A stretch of 63,110 nucleotides of DNA, the filler included. It is 10 parts of 10 records of this genome, joined end to end, with 100 filler letters (N's around TTAATTAATTAA, not from the genome) between each part and the next. Parts side by side here need not be neighbours in the genome. Positions count along the whole stretch, not along the records: positions 56,057 to 63,110 come from SRR11831585_179; 9 more parts are not named here. The stretch is one strand, 5' to 3'. Numbering within the stretch: the first letter of the stretch is position 1; the number at the start of each line of letters is the position of its first letter. The notes beneath the pieces were generated by a model. It was not told the origin of the DNA. It saw only the letters and a program-made list of their open reading frames with translations, and searched no databases. Positions 62,716 to 63,110 of the stretch are shown piece after piece. The position numbers and the translations under genes were made by a program.

Positions 62716-63110
62716 TTAGTTCATCCATACCGTAGCCGAAATGGCAGGCAAAGCCAGAATCCCGTCAGTCAGTTGCCCATGCCCTTCTTTGCATTGCCAT
62801 TGCACGGCATTGAGAAACGGTGACGCGGGTAGCACCACTTCACAGGCCTCGCCACGGTTGATTGCCACCAGTACACGTTGCTGATTCAGCACGCGGACAA
62901 ATACCACCACGTTATCTTCCGCATACAGCACCTGACAGCCGCCATGACGTAGCGCCTGACTTTTCTTACGCAGCGCAATCATTCGCTGGTACAGCGCGAA
63001 TAACGCCGTATCCTGCTTTTCCACCTGCCAGGGGAACGGTTTACGGCAAAACGGATCGTTTTTGCCATCCAGTCCTACTTCATCACCGTAATAAATGCAC
63101 GGTACACCAG
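62716..63110 (-). CDS. malZ: Maltodextrin glucosidase, 3' partial
   Basis: GH13 C-terminus [12 protein letters not shown]...[10 protein letters not shown]; convergent with acpH. Confidence 0.92.

Overview
This window is not a contiguous natural locus. It is ten short contigs joined by nine identical 100-nt spacers (44 N + TTAATTAATTAA + 44 N). Seven contigs are Escherichia coli K-12-like chromosome pieces from unrelated map positions: hupA-zraPSR-purDH-rrnE promoter; tktB-talA-maeB; yihW/V/U/T/S; yieP-hsrA-rbs-kup-ravA/viaA-asnA/C-mioC-oriC-mnmG; ahpF-uspG-ybdR-rnk-rna-cit; fabY-dtd-yihYXW; and yajD-secFD-yajC-tgt-queA-acpH-malZ. The E. coli DNA carries an rbsR frameshift and apparent G:C>A:T substitutions suggestive of a laboratory strain. 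Three contigs (11531-14843, 19477-22559, 40167-42664) come from an intron-rich microbial eukaryote that the ORF track misreads. Manual splicing of these gives five genes: a flavin amine oxidase head-to-head with a PAS-PAS/PAC-HisKA sensor kinase (which has a duplicated HisKA exon end), the meiotic helicase MER3/HFM1 (with a GC-AG intron and a 24-nt Walker A microexon), a C8orf82/DUF4505 homologue with a mitochondrial-type presequence, and the last exon of a family X DNA polymerase. The bacterial part is well-known biology, and any novelty lies in the eukaryotic contigs. Gene identities come from recognition and recall, not database searches.
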